Part shown: in pieces, positions 48,901 through 61,922 of the stretch
Layout: every line of letters begins with the position of its first letter
Position numbering within the stretch: the stretch's first letter is position 1
Assembly (NCBI GenBank): GCA_025594325.1
Contig: JANHCV010000001.1
Coordinates: 4,898,001-4,962,000 of the forward strand
Source of the DNA: Blastocladiella emersonii ATCC 22665
Lineage: Eukaryota > Fungi > Blastocladiomycota
Reading direction: 5' to 3'
Length of the DNA stretch: 64,000 nt
Notes under the pieces: model-generated
The model's input: the letters and a program-made list of their open reading frames with translations, nothing else
Database searches by the model: none
What the model was told of the DNA's origin: nothing
Position numbers and translations under genes: made by a program

Positions 48901-51270
48901 AGTAGTACTCGAAGCACTCGAGCGACGACCGCAGGAGCGAGCGGAACAGCTCGACCTCGGCCGCGTCCTTGGCGCGGACGTACTGCGCCTTGTCAACGAG
49001 CGACGCCGGGATCGCGCACTGCCGAATGAAGGGTACGATTTGGCGGAGGTGGCCGAGGAGGAACCGCATCAGCGTGCGCACCTGCTCCTTCTCCTGCTGC
49101 AGGTCCTGCTCGCGCGCCGCGCCGACCGTCAGGCTCGCCGTGAGGTGCGTGCGCAGCGGCCGGCTCGCGTCGAGGTCGATCTCCCAGATCGAGTCGGGGA
49201 GGTACACGACGGCGTCGTCCTTGGCCGCGGCCGCAGTTTCGGCGGCAACAGCAGGCGTGCCGGCCACGGTCGCGGGCGAAGCGACCGCCGACGTCGCCGC
49301 CGCCGCCGCGCCGTCGTCGTCCTCGTCGTGCGGGTGGCGCGGGATCGGCGACCCGTACTCGTGGTCGTCGGCGGCCTTGGCGGGGCGGACGCGGACGGCG
49401 GGGGAGAGGGTGACGCGGTGCTGGTGACGGACCTGCTTGAGGGCGTGCGAGAGGCTGACGATTTTGGCGGTGAAGGCGGCGAGGACGCGCTTGAGCATGG
49501 CCTCGACGGCGGCGGGGTCGTGGTTCTTCTGCGCGCCGTAGTGGTGGCGGACGGCCTCCTCGAGGTGGATGATGCACTTGACGCACATGGTGGCGAGGAC
49601 GGCCGAGAGCGTAGGGTCGTGGAGGTACCCGCAGAAGAGGCCGAGTGCGTGCTCGACCTGCGCGGGCGGGATGCGCGCGCGCTCGGCGACGAGGAAGTCG
49701 GCCGTCATGTTGACGACCACGTGGCGGAGCGTCTCGCGGGCGGTGCGCCCGGTCCCGAGGATGATGTCCTCGTTGAGCAGCTGGTCCATGTACGGCACGA
49801 AATGCGACCGGAACGGCGTGGCCCAGATGTGGCGGGTCGCGACGAGGAGCTCCTTGCGGGCGCCCGTGGCGTCGGCGGGCACGTTGCGCATGAGCTGCAG
49901 CGTGACGACGGGGATCTGCTCGCCGTGCGTCGGGTTGGGCCCGTCGAGGAACCGCAGGATGAAGGCGAGGAACGACAGCGTCTTGACCTGGCACACGAGC
50001 AGGTCCTGGTACGCCTGGTGCTGCGGGGCGAGGGCGTCGGCCATGCCGACGTGCCACCGGCCCTGCTCGCGCGCGCGCGCCGACGCCTCGGCCTGCTGCA
50101 CGGGCTGGACCATGACGGCCTCGAGGAAGGTGGCGACGAGCCGGTTGACGTTGGCGGTCAGGTACTCGCGGTGGACCTGGATCGCCATGAGCACGATGAG
50201 CGGGCAGTCGGTGAGCACCTTGAACGACTGGTTGCACGGCAGGAGCTGGCGCTTCCCGCCGCTTCCGCCCGACACGCTGGGCGCGGCCGAGCCGCTGCGC
50301 GACGCGGCGCCCGACATGTGCGGCGACATGGGCGGGGTCTCCGAGTAGGGCGTGCCGGGGATTCCGCCGGCGTGGCCGGCCTGCTCGAGCGCGGGCTCAG
50401 CGTCGAGGTCCTGCGGCTGGTCGTCGCCGGGCTGGCCCGTGGCGAAGACCATGGCGACGGTGGCCGGCATGTTCGAGTAGAGGTGGAGGACGACGTCGAT
50501 GAAGGTTTGGACCTACACTCGCGCAAATCGATGGAGACGTGAGCTCGCGCGCGAGGTTGCGCGGATGGCGCAGATCAACGTACGAGAGGCTCGCACTCGG
50601 CCTTGAACCCGCGGTTCAGCTCGGTGACGATCTTGAGGGCGAGCTGGCCGTTGACCTCGTTGTCGGCCTCGAGGGTGCGGTACAGGAGGCGCAGGAGCTG
50701 CTGGGCGTAGGGGCGGAAGTTTTCGACGAGCGAGCTCTTCTGCACGATCTCGAGGCACGCCTGGCGCATTTTCTACAAGCGCACCACCACGTCGTCAGTG
50801 ATCTAGCCCAGAGTCCATGGCATCGCGCGGCCGTACCTGCTGCACGCTGTGCGACTCGAACGATGGCGGTGTCCGCTCGAGCACCGCGAGGACGGCGGGG
50901 AGCATCTTGGACACGAACTGCGGGTAGTTGAGCTGCTGGAACACGTCGATCTTGTCGCGGACCGCGTCGACGGCCGCGTACCGCTTCTTGTCTACCCATT
51001 ATATGGACAGCCTGTCAGCGCGCAACATCGCAGCAGCGATTCAGCGCGAGCGATCGCAAACGCACCGTCGCGCTCCTCAATGATGGTCGTGAACAAGATC
51101 TCGAACGGCAGCGGCGGCTCGGGCTTCTCAGCGCTCCCGCCGCCGCCGCCGCTGGTAGGTGGTGGCGGATCGACGTCCATGGCCGTCGCTGGCGCCGGCG
51201 TAGACGCCGCGAGCGCGGGCGCGGCCGTTGCCGGTGGTGGTGGCTGCGGAGCGGGTCCACCGGTGGACAT
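39971..51270 (-). CDS. TRA1: Tra1/TRRAP PIKK pseudokinase, SAGA/NuA4 scaffold (~3696 aa)
   Basis: Exons 51270-51066, 50991-50837, 50772-50584, 50512-39971. HEAT repeats, SFKVLTDCPLIV, VKTLSFLAF, FAT region (LWRRRCQYPETNAALS), VPFRLTP, FATC-like end NPQSLAEMSVAWMPFL. Confidence 0.97.
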
Positions 51271-51710
51271 GGCGAGGATGATAGAAGTCGCAGTTGTTGA
51301 TCGACTCGCAGCGATGAAACGGGTCGCGTCGTCGTCGTCGCTGGCAGCGTAGTCTCCCTCGCGCTGGGCCACGCAAGAGGTTTTCCGAGGTCCCAGGCCG
51401 CGTGGTGGGCGGGGTGAATCAATCGAGTCGCGTTGCAGTAGGTGAGGGTGCGTGAGTGCGACCGAATCCGCGGCGAGGGCAGCGACGAGAGCGCGGACCG
51501 CGGCGCGGCGCGGGGGGCCCGGCCAGACCCTGAACGGCCGCGCGTCACGTGTGCACCGCGATGCAGGCTATCCGGATGCTGCACGTGCGCGTATCGAGAC
51601 CATAATGATGGGGGAGGAATAAGGGATGATCTCGTTTCGGCTCTACGAAGGATGATGATGATGATGGGACACGCTAGAATGATAACACAACTCGGCTCGA
51701 GACAACTCGC

Positions 51711-54700
51711 TCAGAACAGCGACGCGGGGAGCCCGTTGCTCGACGCGGACCCGGCGCCCACGACCGCGGGCTCGTCGTCGCCGTGCTGCCACGCGAGCTC
51801 CATGTTGACGGCGTGCCGGCCGAGCGGCGACGGCGCCGCGGCAGCAGCTGACCCGTTGGTCGCTCGTGGCGGCATGGTCGGGTGTGCGAGCGCGGGCGAG
51901 CTGCCGAACAGGGGCGGCGAGTGGTCGTGCGCGTGCTGGTACTGCATGGCCTCGACGTCAAAGTCGGCCGCGAGCATCTGGCCCATTTCGCGCGCGTTGA
52001 GCGGTGGTGCTGCGCCGGCGCCAGCGCCGTAGTGCGGGGTGCCGGCCTCGCTGCTGGGCGCGAACGGCGAGTCGTGGTCGGCCATGAGCCCGCCGTCGCC
52101 ACACATCGGGTCGGTCCCATCGTCGTCGGCGAAGATGGGCGCCTCGAGGTCCATGTCGGGGTCCATGACCACGTCCTCGAGGAAGTTGACATCGGCGCGG
52201 GTGAGGATCAGGTTCTCGAACATTTCCTCGAGGTCCGTCTCCCCGATCAGCATGGCCCCGCGCAGCTGGTTGGTCGCCTTGTCCTTGACGAGCTTGACGT
52301 ACTCGCCCGGGTGCGTGCTGCGGACGAGCACCTCGTACGAGCCGGGCGCGAGGCCCTGCGCGTTGAACAGGCCGAGCAGGACCACCTTGAACCCGAAGAA
52401 CCGCGACACGTGCGCGAACAGGTCAAAGTGCACGTCGAGCGGCGCCGGGAGCGCGCGCCGCTCGCCCGTCGGCAGCGTCACGACGGTCGCGGGACCCGAG
52501 TGCGAGCCCATGACGAGTGGGTACGGGTACACGCCCGGCGGCGGCGCGAGTGCGGGGCCGCCAGCGGGACCGCTGCTGCTGCTGCCGTGCGGGTCGTGGG
52601 ACGGCGGCGGCGCCGTGCCCTCGTGGTCCTCGACGATCGGGAACAGCGGGGTGAAGCTCGGGTCGGATGCGGCGGCGGGCGAGGGCGCCGAGAGCGCGGG
52701 CGAGAAGGGCGTCGGCGGGGCGCCCGTCGCTGGTGCCGTGCCGGGTGCAGCTGCTGCCGCAGCAGTAGGAGGCGCAGCCGACGGCCCGACGGCCATGGCG
52801 AGGAGGCTGTCGCGGACCATACTCCGCGCGGCCTGGAGCCCCATAAGTCGCGCCTGGGACCAGAGTCGCATCTGGAACCAGTGGAGCGACTGGCCGGACC
52901 AGGTGCACGAGACGCAGTCGCCGGCGCCGTAGACGTCGGGGTCCGAGGTGCGCATGGCCTTGTCGACGGCGATGCCGCCGTTGGGCGTGAGGACGAGCCC
53001 CGCGGCGCGCGCGAGCTCCGAGTTGGGGAGCACACCGGTCGCCGAGACCATGAAGTCGACGCCGTACACCTTGTTGTTGGTGAGGCGGACGTACAGGGGC
53101 CACTTGTGGGCGGCGTCGTCGTCGGTCGCGAGCGAGGGCTCGGCGGTGATGGACGAGGTCGACGACTCGTTGCCCGCGGCGTCCCTTGGAAACTGCGACC
53201 CGGGGAACGAGACGAGCTGCTCGCCGTCGCGCACCTCGTCACGCGGGAGGAGCCCGAGGCGGCCCTCGCCGAACAGGCCCATGTGCGGGACAAACTCGAC
53301 GGGTTCGGGGACCTGCGCCGGGTGGAGCTCGATCCACTCGTCGGCTTCGGCAGCGGCCTTGGGCTCACCGTCGTGGCCAACCGCGGTACCCGCAACACGG
53401 CGCCGCTTCTTGGCGTGCGCGTACTCCTCGGCGGTCCACAGCTGCGCGACCTGCGACTCGGTCTCGATGATCAGGTCGCGGTCGCTCGCCTTGCTGGTGA
53501 GCGTGGGCGGGAGCACGAGCGAGGTGCGCCAGACGGGGCCGAGCGCGGCACCCGGCGCCTTGGCGCGCGTGATGCCGGGCGGGAACTCGGTCGTCTTGCG
53601 CTTGCGGTGCAGCGCGGCGGCCGAGTGTGCAGCGGCCGCGAGGGCACTGTTACGCGGTGACACGCCCGACGCGCCCGACGACGACGCCGAGGCGCCGTGG
53701 TGCGGGTGCGGGTGCAGGTGCTGGTGCGGGTGGAGGTGCGGGCGCGCGGCAATGTTCGGTGACGCGGCGGTTGGGAGCGACGCGGCGGCGGCGGCCGATG
53801 GCGACGCGGACGCGGACGCGGATCCAGGGCCCGCGAGGTGGCCGAGGACGGGGCTGGACCCCATGCCGGCGCCCGTGGACCCGGCGGCGGCGCCGTGCTG
53901 GGGCAGGATGCGCGAGTAGGTTGGCTCGTTGCGGGTGAAGAGGTGCGGCATGAAGAAGGCCGAGGCGCCGGCGTCCAGGAACGTGTTGCCGAGGTAGGCG
54001 TCCTTGATGGCCCAGATCATGGGGATGCGGCGGATCTCGTTGAGCAGCTCGAGGGCGATGCCGCCGTTGCCGACGACCATGATGCGGCGCGCGCGCGAGA
54101 GGCGGTCGCACAGCTCGTCGACCGACTCGATGTCGCGGATGCCGATGACGTGCTGGTTGTCGAAGAGCACGTTGGGCCGCGCGCCCGTGGCGAGGCACAG
54201 CTTGTCGTACGGGTACCGCGTGCCGCCGACCGTGACGAGGCACTTGGCGGCGCGGTCGATGTGCGCGATGGTGCCCTGCAGGACGTGAAAGTTGGACTTG
54301 ATGCGGTACTGCTCGAGGTCGGTCGGGATCAGGTCGAAGGTCTCGGTCGTCTTGGAGATGGCCTGCACGTTGGTGACGATCTGCGGGGGATTTGGGAGGG
54401 ATCACGGCGGGTCAGTTGTCTGCGCGCGTGGCATGAAATTCGCGCCAACGCGGACGATGGTCGGTCGGTGGCCCATGTGGTGGCGGCGGCTGCTTCGCGC
54501 GCACGGACACGGGCACGGCCGGCTGGTCGGCCACTGCACCACACAGCGAGCGCAGCGCGAACGAGAGAGGACACGCACCTTGAGGATCCGCGACTGCGAG
54601 ATGAGGTAGACCTGGTCGCCGTCGCCGACGAGGCGCGAGAGCTCCTCGGCGCACGTCACGCCTAGCGCAGACGGAGGGATGCGAGAGGTGAGCGATCGCC

Positions 54701-54770
54701 AGCGAACGCGCGTCGGCGTGGATGCGGGCGTACCTCCGACGCCACCGCCAAGGACGACGTAGCGGACCAT
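51711..54770 (-). CDS. PYROXD1: Pyridine nucleotide-disulfide oxidoreductase domain protein 1 (PYROXD1) with long low-complexity inserts (~929 aa)
   Basis: Exons 54770-54734, 54661-54579, 54380-51711. YVVLGGGVGG, KLCLATGARP, VVGNGGIALE, GAALGPVW, SATGVLPN, YGAGD, WFQMRLWSQARLMG, LFAHVSRFFGFKVVLLG, GAMLIGETDLEEMFENLIL. Confidence 0.9.
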
Positions 54771-55888
54771 GGTGGGAGCGAGACGGTCACGGTGACGGTG
54801 ACAGTGACGGGAGCGGTGAGGAGGAGGGGCGGCCCGTTACAGGTTGCTGGCGCGATGTGTGGAGGTGGCGGAGGTCTGCCGGGCACAGATTAACCGGGCC
54901 GCGTCGCAATCACAATGGCAGGGACCGGATGGCGGGGGAGCGGGAGCGGGTGGGCGGGATGCTGCGCAGAGCGGAGGGAGAGAGCGAGGGGAGGAAGAAG
55001 CAGTGGCGGTGGGAAATGGCAGGGCCAGCAAACCCGGGCGGTCGGCTGGGCGGGGGCGGGCGAGCGGGCGGGCGGCAAGCGGCCGACACGGCACGCAACC
55101 GTGCACCGGCGAGCGCGATAGCCCTACGTGCGATACGCTCCGATGCGCAGCGGGCAGCGATGAGCTGGGCGGCACTTGGCGCAACGCAACCCACGAGCCC
55201 GAGCGATGGCGGTCGCAGTACAGCGAGCGAGTGGCGCCGGACAACGGGAGCGAAGCGGGCGCGGTCGGGGACGGCGGGCGGCGGGCGGGCGGGCGGGCAG
55301 GGGCAATGCACCGAGTCCGTGAGGCGTGAGGCGGTCGGTTGGCGCGAATTCGGACAGGGGTCGCCGTGCCGCAGGTCGGCGCATCGAGGAGAGCCGCTAC
55401 GACGAGGCTCGCGGCGGGCCGGCGATGCCGCACCGATCCTCACGCATCACGTGCCCTCCCGAACTGCCGGCAAGCGCGCCCGTCCGTGTGGCGCAACGCG
55501 GACCGCTCGCCCCCTGCAGCATCACTCGCGCCTGAGCCTCTCCGACGCCGATCCGCGTGGAGCAGGACTCGGGGAGAGGCCTGCCGACCTCGATCTGGCG
55601 GCTCGCCGTGCCGCGGCGTTGAACAACGACGCCCATCGAGGCAAGGCCGCGGCAGCGTGGGAATCAGGCTGCTTGGCGCCCGAGCCCGGTGATCCCGGCC
55701 GAGCTGGACGCTTTGGGAAGCTGCTCGGTCGAGCGCGTCAGTGAGTCTGTGTCTGTGCTTGCGATCAGCTCTCCGACCGGTCGCCTCGTCGATGCGGCCG
55801 ACGCTCGACCGCTCTCCCCGCTCCTCGATCACCTCGGCCATCCATGAATCGCGCTTACATATAACTCCATGCACTCTGCCCCGTGACC

Positions 55889-56743
55889 ATGCATCTTCTC
55901 AAGCACAAGAGGTCCGCCTGCCCTCGCGATGACCGATTCCGGGCCCATCTCTGACCCGTCGCGCGCCCAGCTTCCACGTCCACTCGGCCGCCAACGTCGA
56001 GCGCGTCCGACGCGACGAGGTCGAGGCCCAGCGCGTCGCGGCCGAGAAACGCGCCGCTACGCTCGCTGCTGTACGCTCCGTCAATGCGTGTTATCCCGCC
56101 GTCGAGTCTCACACTTGTTCTGCGATAGGATCGCGAAGCCCGCGTCGAGACCCTCCGCGCCCGCATCCGCGGCGACCATCCACCACCACTCGCACCTCGC
56201 CCACCATCACCCACCGCCGACGCTCCCGCCAGCAGCACCTCGAGGGACCGCTTCCACCTGTTCCCCGAACCCACTTCCCGCCCGCGCGACCGCCGCGACC
56301 GTCGCGACCGCGACCGCCGCGACCGTCGCGACCGCGACCGCGACCGCGACCGCCTGGCCTCACGGAAACCCAGTGCCAACGACGAGTCGCACCGTCTCGG
56401 CGGCAGCCGCCATTCCACCGCGCGCGCGCCGTGGTACACGGCGCCGCAGGGGATCCCCAAGCTCGACGAGGACGCCCCGTCGAGCCGCGGCCGCTGCGAG
56501 TGGGACGACCCGATCTACGGCATGGGGATCAAGGGCGTGAAGCGGTCGCTCAAGGCCAAGCCGTACCGCGCGAGACCGCGGTCGCGTTCGAGGTCGCGGT
56601 CGCCGCCAGCGGTAGCGAAGCGTGAACTCATAAAGTCGGCCGAGCTTCCGAGCTTTGACGAGCTGCGCCAGCGCCGGCTGCAGCGCGAGCAGGCCGAGCG
56701 GGCGCGGATGCGCGACTTGTACAGTGTGACGAGACGAGATTGA
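55889..56743 (+). CDS. LENG1: LENG1-like protein with N-terminal Cir_N motif and RD repeat (~245 aa)
   Basis: join(55889..55911,55971..56070,56129..56743) gives MHLLKHKSFHVHSAANVERVRRDEVEAQ…DREARVETLRAR…DDPIYGM…SFDELRQRRLQREQAERAR, matching the LENG1 pattern as I recall it. Missed by the ORF track because of the short exons. Confidence 0.75.
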
Positions 56744-56812
56744 GTGATAACAAGAGAGACTAGATAGAATCTAACACAAAAAAACGCAACATCGCAACCC
56801 CACGCTACTTCC

Positions 56813-59227
56813 TTACTCGTCGTCCTTGGCCTCGGTCTCCTCGGTCGCTTCCGAGTCCTTGGCGGCGGCCGCGGCGGCGCGAGCGTCGCGGGCCTTCTGT
56901 CCGGGCTGGAACTCGGCGGGGATCGGGAGCTCGAACCGGGTGAGGAGGGAGACGCGCTCCTTCTTGTTGACGAGGAGGCCGGCCGAGACGGGCGCGCGCC
57001 ACAGGGAGAACCACATGGGCGGGCCGCCCGTCGGGTCGTCGGCGCGGGCCACGGCGCCGCCGACCGTCATGTCGGCGAGGGCCTTGCGCACGGGCTTGCT
57101 GGGGATGTCGGCCATGAGCGGGCGGTCCGTCGACAGGAGCACCTTGAGGGACTCGTAGTCGAGGTGCACGATGCGCTTGGTGAGGAACGGCGCCATGAGC
57201 GACATGCCGTCCGTGTTGAACCGGTGCGTGCACGTGTCCTTGGCCGCCTTGTCGTCGGTGGTGCGGGACATGAGCCGCACCCCCGTGTTGACGACGCGCA
57301 GCCGCGACGCGTTCTTGGCCAGCAGCTGCTCCTTGACCGCCTTGGAGCAGAAGTAGATGGCGCGGTGGTCGTCCTTGGTCGAACGGACCACGAGCTGGTC
57401 GCACGGGAACGTCGCGGGGAGGCCGAACGCCTCGACGATCTGCTTGACCTCGGCGTCGTCCTTGTTGAGGAAGATGAAGGGCTCCTCAAACGACTTGGCG
57501 TTGAAGTGCTGCTCGACGCCGGGCTTGGCCGACGCGCGCGACTCGAGCGCCTTGGCCTCCCCGGCGTCCTTGTCGGTCTTGGCCTGCTTGCGGGCAGCCG
57601 AGTCGTCACTGGACGGGAGGGCAGGGGAGCTGTCAGCCTGAGCGGTGGTGGTCGTCGAGTTGTCACGCGAAGAAACAACGTACAGCTCCTCCTCGGCCTT
57701 GCGCTTGAGCGTGGCGGCGAGGGTCGAGTCGTCCTCCTCGGCGTCAGCCGAAGCCATGTCGACGTCGGCCTCCTCCTCCTCGGCCTCCTCGGCGGCAGCG
57801 CCGGCGCGGTTCTTCTTGGGGGCCTTGATGGGGAAGTCCTCGGGGCACTCGCCGAACTGGGTCTTGCCGGGGAGCACGGGCTCGGCGTCCTTCTGGAGCA
57901 CGGCGACGAAGAAGGCGCCCGTGTTCTGGAGGTGCGGGTAGATGCGGAGGCAGTGCTCGAGGCCGAGCGACTCGGCGTCCTCGGGGGCGAACATGGACGG
58001 GATGAGGCGGACCTTCTCGTCGTCGCGCTCGGCAATCTCGTCGTACGAGTCGTAGAAGAACTTGCCGCGCTGCTTGAACGAGGGCACGCGCCACGACGAG
58101 AGGCCGGGGCGGCGCTTGAGCTCGGGCAGCATCGACGACGCGTCAACGAGCTTGACGGCGCCGCCGCACCGCTTGAGGGCGGTGGCGACGACGGCCTCGT
58201 TCTCGATGGGGTTCATGGTGCACGTCGAGTAGACGATGCGGCCGCCGGGCTTGGTCAGGGCAATGGCGCGCATGAGGATGCGCAGCTGGAGAATGTGCAG
58301 CGACAGCGACTGGCCGACGCCCCACTCGCGCCAGATGCCGGGGTTCTTGCGCAGGGTGCCGTCGCCCGAGCAGGGCACGTCGGCGAGGATGCGGTCGAAC
58401 TTGAACATGGCGTCGGTCTCGGGGTCAAAGGTGTTGGGGAGGTACTGGGCGTCGTGGTTGACGACGAGCAGGTTGGGCGACTGCAGGCGCTTGACCTGGC
58501 GGACGAGCATGTAGGCGCGCTTGTTGTCGGCGTCGTTGGCCATGACGAGGCCCGAGGGGAGGGTGCCCTCGGCCTCGGCGTCGGCGTGCAGGGCCTCGAC
58601 GAGCTGGGCCGTCTTGGAGCCGGGGGCGGCGCACATGTCGAGGACGCGGTGGTGCGGCTGCACGTCGAGGAGGAGGGGCGGGATCATGGACACGGCCTCC
58701 TGGCGCGAGATGTTGCCCGTCTCGGTCTCGGCGATGAGGAACTGGTGGAAGCGCTTGAAGCCCTCGACGCGGCGGATCGTGGCGCGGCCGACGTCGTACT
58801 GGTAGCCGAGCTGGTTCGGGTACCAGGGGAGCGGGCTCGGCGGCTCGACCTTGACGCCGTCCACCTCCACGTTCTGCATGGACGGGAAGTACTTGGTGCG
58901 GCAGTTCTCGGCCAGCGCCTTGGCGTAGGCGCTCGAGCCCGTGAAGCGGAAGGTGACGGGCAGCGGCGAGCGCATGGCGGTCATGAAGGCGTCCCACTCG
59001 GCCTCGGGGATCACCTTCTGCTCCTGGTAGTACTTTTCGAAGTTGGCGTTCTCCATGACAATGTTCTCGTAGGGACTGGGCTTGCGCTCCTGCTACACTC
59101 GTTGGGGGAGGTTCACCGTCGTGAGCTCGAGCGATTCGACTCTGAGCGGGCAGCGGAAGCGCACCTTGGCACCGCCCTTGCCGCCGCGACCACCGCCGCG
59201 ACCGCCACGCTTTCCACCGCGAGCCAT
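56813..59227 (-). CDS. TRM4: tRNA (cytosine-5)-methyltransferase Trm4/NSUN2 (~780 aa)
   Basis: Exons 59227-59165 and 59092-56813. ISRQEAVSMIPP, LDMCAAPGSKT, DVPCSGDGTLRKN, VYSTCTMNPIENEAVV, RIYPHLQNTGAFFVA. Confidence 0.96.
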
Positions 59228-59923
59228 TGTGGTAGGGATTCGAGTTGACGAGTAAGGGGTCGTGCAGCGACGACACCGAATGCGTGAGCTTCGTAGGGGC
59301 CGAGTGTACTTGGCGAACAACAGCGACGAGGATCACGTCTGCGAAGGGCCAGGCAACTCGACGACGGCGAGGGCAGCGGCCAGCGCGCGGCCGCGGCCAC
59401 GGCGTGGCGCATGCTCGCGAGGAGCAACAGGGACGTGCGTACTCGGCCAGGTGGGGTCACGGGATGCGTTGCGAGGGGAGCGCGAAACCGTCGGCTTCAG
59501 CGTCGGCTTGCTGCCAAAGCCGGCGGGCGATGACGTCGCTCTCTCACTCCTCACGCCCATGCTGACTCGGCGATCGAAAGCGCGCTGACGCGACGCGTCC
59601 GAGTCCAAGCAACCGATGACGCGCTCGCGACGGCTCCGCCGTTGGGAGAGGTCGTTGGCAGGAATTCGCGGCGTTCAGGCGTGAGCGTGGTGGCGGAGGC
59701 GGCGGCGGCGCGCTTCGTCAGCGCGGCCGATTTTCAGGTTTTGTCTCCTGCGTTCCCGCGGCGTCCCGCGGCGTCTCGCGGGTCGATCGCCTGCAGGCAG
59801 CCCGCTGGCCAGCCCCTCCCTCTCCCTCTCCCTCTCCCGGCCCATTTCATGCAAGAGTCCCACGCCTGCCCGCGCACATCAGCACCACACTCCTGCTACG
59901 CAATCAACGACCACGACTGAGCA

Positions 59924-61038
59924 ATGACCATGGCGCAATCCAACGGCAACCACCACGCGACCGCGGAAGCGACCAACGGCGCCGACATGGACGTGCACTT
60001 TGACTCGATCGAGTCGGCCCTGCTCGACATGCGTATGTTGCGTCCACCTTCGCGTCGTCGCGGTGTCGCGAGGGGCGTGCTGGCAGGGAGGGGGGTTGTT
60101 GAGCGTTGCTGCTGCTGGTCGGCCGGGTGAACCGCTCAGCTCCGCCGTGTCGCTCCGGGCCGGGCCGACCCGCGGCGGCCCCCGCCGTCCACGTCTACGA
60201 CTCGGACTCGAGCGCGATAACCACAACAACGAGCACAGCAACAACACGACCGACCGTGTGAGCAACACCTCCTGCCTGCCGTCCCCGCGCGCCCGCACCC
60301 GCACCCGCACCCGACCCACGTCGACACGCCGAATGCTGATCCGCTTACGCGGCCGCGTCGTGTAGAGGCGGGCAAGTTCGTGATCGTGGTCGACGACATG
60401 GGCCGCGAGAACGAGGGCGATCTGGTGATTGCGGCCGAGATGCTGGACGAGGCGCGCATGGCCTTCATGGTGCGGCACACGAGCGGCCTGATCTGCGCGC
60501 CCATCCTGCCCTCGACGTGCGACCGCCTGCAGCTGCCGCTCATGGTCCCCGACAGCGAGCACACCGAGTCGCACGGCACCAAGTACACCATCTCCATTGA
60601 CGCCCGCGCCAAGACCACCACGGGCATCTCGGCCCACGACCGCGCCCTCACCTCCAACCTGCTCGCCGACCCCAAGACCACCGCCGACGACTTTGTGCGC
60701 CCCGGACACCTCCTGCCCCTCCGCTACAAGCCCGGAGGCGTGCTGGTCCGCCGCGGCCACACCGAGGCGTCCGTCGGTGCGTTTGCGTCACTTCGTGCTA
60801 CCCCCGAAGCTCTTCCTCACCGTCACCATTCTCGCTACCAGACCTCTGCCGCCTCGCCGGCCTGCAGCCCGCCGCCGCCATCTGCGAGCTGGTGCTCGAC
60901 AACGGCAAGATGATGCGCCGCGACGACTGCGCCGCCTTCGCCAAGGAGCACAACCTCAAGCTCATCACCATCGACGACCTGGCCCTGTACATCAAGGCCA
61001 AGCTCGCGCGCGAGGGCGGCGACTGGACCCTCGCGTAA
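59924..61038 (+). CDS. RIB3: 3,4-dihydroxy-2-butanone 4-phosphate synthase (~238 aa)
   Basis: join(59924..60032,60366..60776,60842..61038). [53 protein letters not shown]. Confidence 0.95.
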
Positions 61039-61152
61039 AGTGCCTCCGTATCCCGTAGTCTCTCACTCACCCCAACTAGTTGCTCCCGTTTGATTTTCGA
61101 CCCAGTTTCGCTATATATAAAGATTCATCACTCTGCTCAACTCACGCGTCAC

Positions 61153-61922
61153 TCACTCGACCGCATCCGACACCCCGAGCCGCCCCCACAGCTTGCCCTT
61201 GACGCTCGGCCAGTCGTCGTCCGTCATGGCGAGGTAGATGGTCGTCCGCTTGAACCCGTGCCGCACCACCATGTGCTTGCGGAACGTGCCCTCGTACACG
61301 AACCCGAGCGACTCGGCGGCGCGCCGGCTGCCCTCGTTTGCCGAGTGGCACTTCCACTCGACGCGCGAGAAGCCCAGCCCCTCGAAGCACCACGCCAGCA
61401 CCGCGGCCACCGCCGCCTTGTTGACGAACGTCCCGCGGTACCGCGTGTCGTACCACACGTGCCCGACCTCGGTCCGCTGGTTCTCGACCGACGTCGCAAT
61501 CAGCCCGACCTTGCCCACCAGCGTGCGCGGGATCGCCGTCGTCCCGTCCGGCGCCCGCGTCGTGTACACGGCGAACATGATCGTGTCGCCGGCCTCGAAA
61601 AAAGTCCGGCGCACGAAGTCGACCCAGTCGTCGTACGCCGCGAACGGGCCGTACGGGAAACCGGCAAAGTACGGGTGCGTGTTGCCGTTGGTGCCCGTCC
61701 ACGAAGCGGGGTGCGCGACCGCGTACAGGTCGCGCAGGTGACGCTCCTGGACATGCACTCGGTGAGATTGTGGGGGTGACGGCGCGCTGGCAGATGACGT
61801 ACCTCGAGCGGCTCGAGCGTGACGCGGCCGCACGGGCTCGTCAGGGACTCGAGAGGGAACACTGTGACGCCCGCGTGCGAGTTCGGGGCTACGAAGGACG
61901 GCCACGGTGAGGTGACGGCCAT
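61153..61922 (-). CDS. GNAT N-acetyltransferase, RimJ/RimL-type (~237 aa)
   Basis: Exons 61922-61803 and 61746-61153. EVGHVWY, LGFSRVEWKCHSANEGSRRAAESLGFVYEGTFRKHM, YLAMTDDDWP. Confidence 0.85.

Noticed and set aside
54800-55880. Several short ORFs and GC-rich repeats between PYROXD1 and LENG1
   Set aside because: No codon bias or motifs; this fits a divergent promoter/5' UTR region. No tRNA or rRNA-like structure was recognised.
60033-60365. 333-bp first intron of RIB3 as a snoRNA host
   Set aside because: No convincing box C/D or H/ACA motifs with terminal stems were seen.
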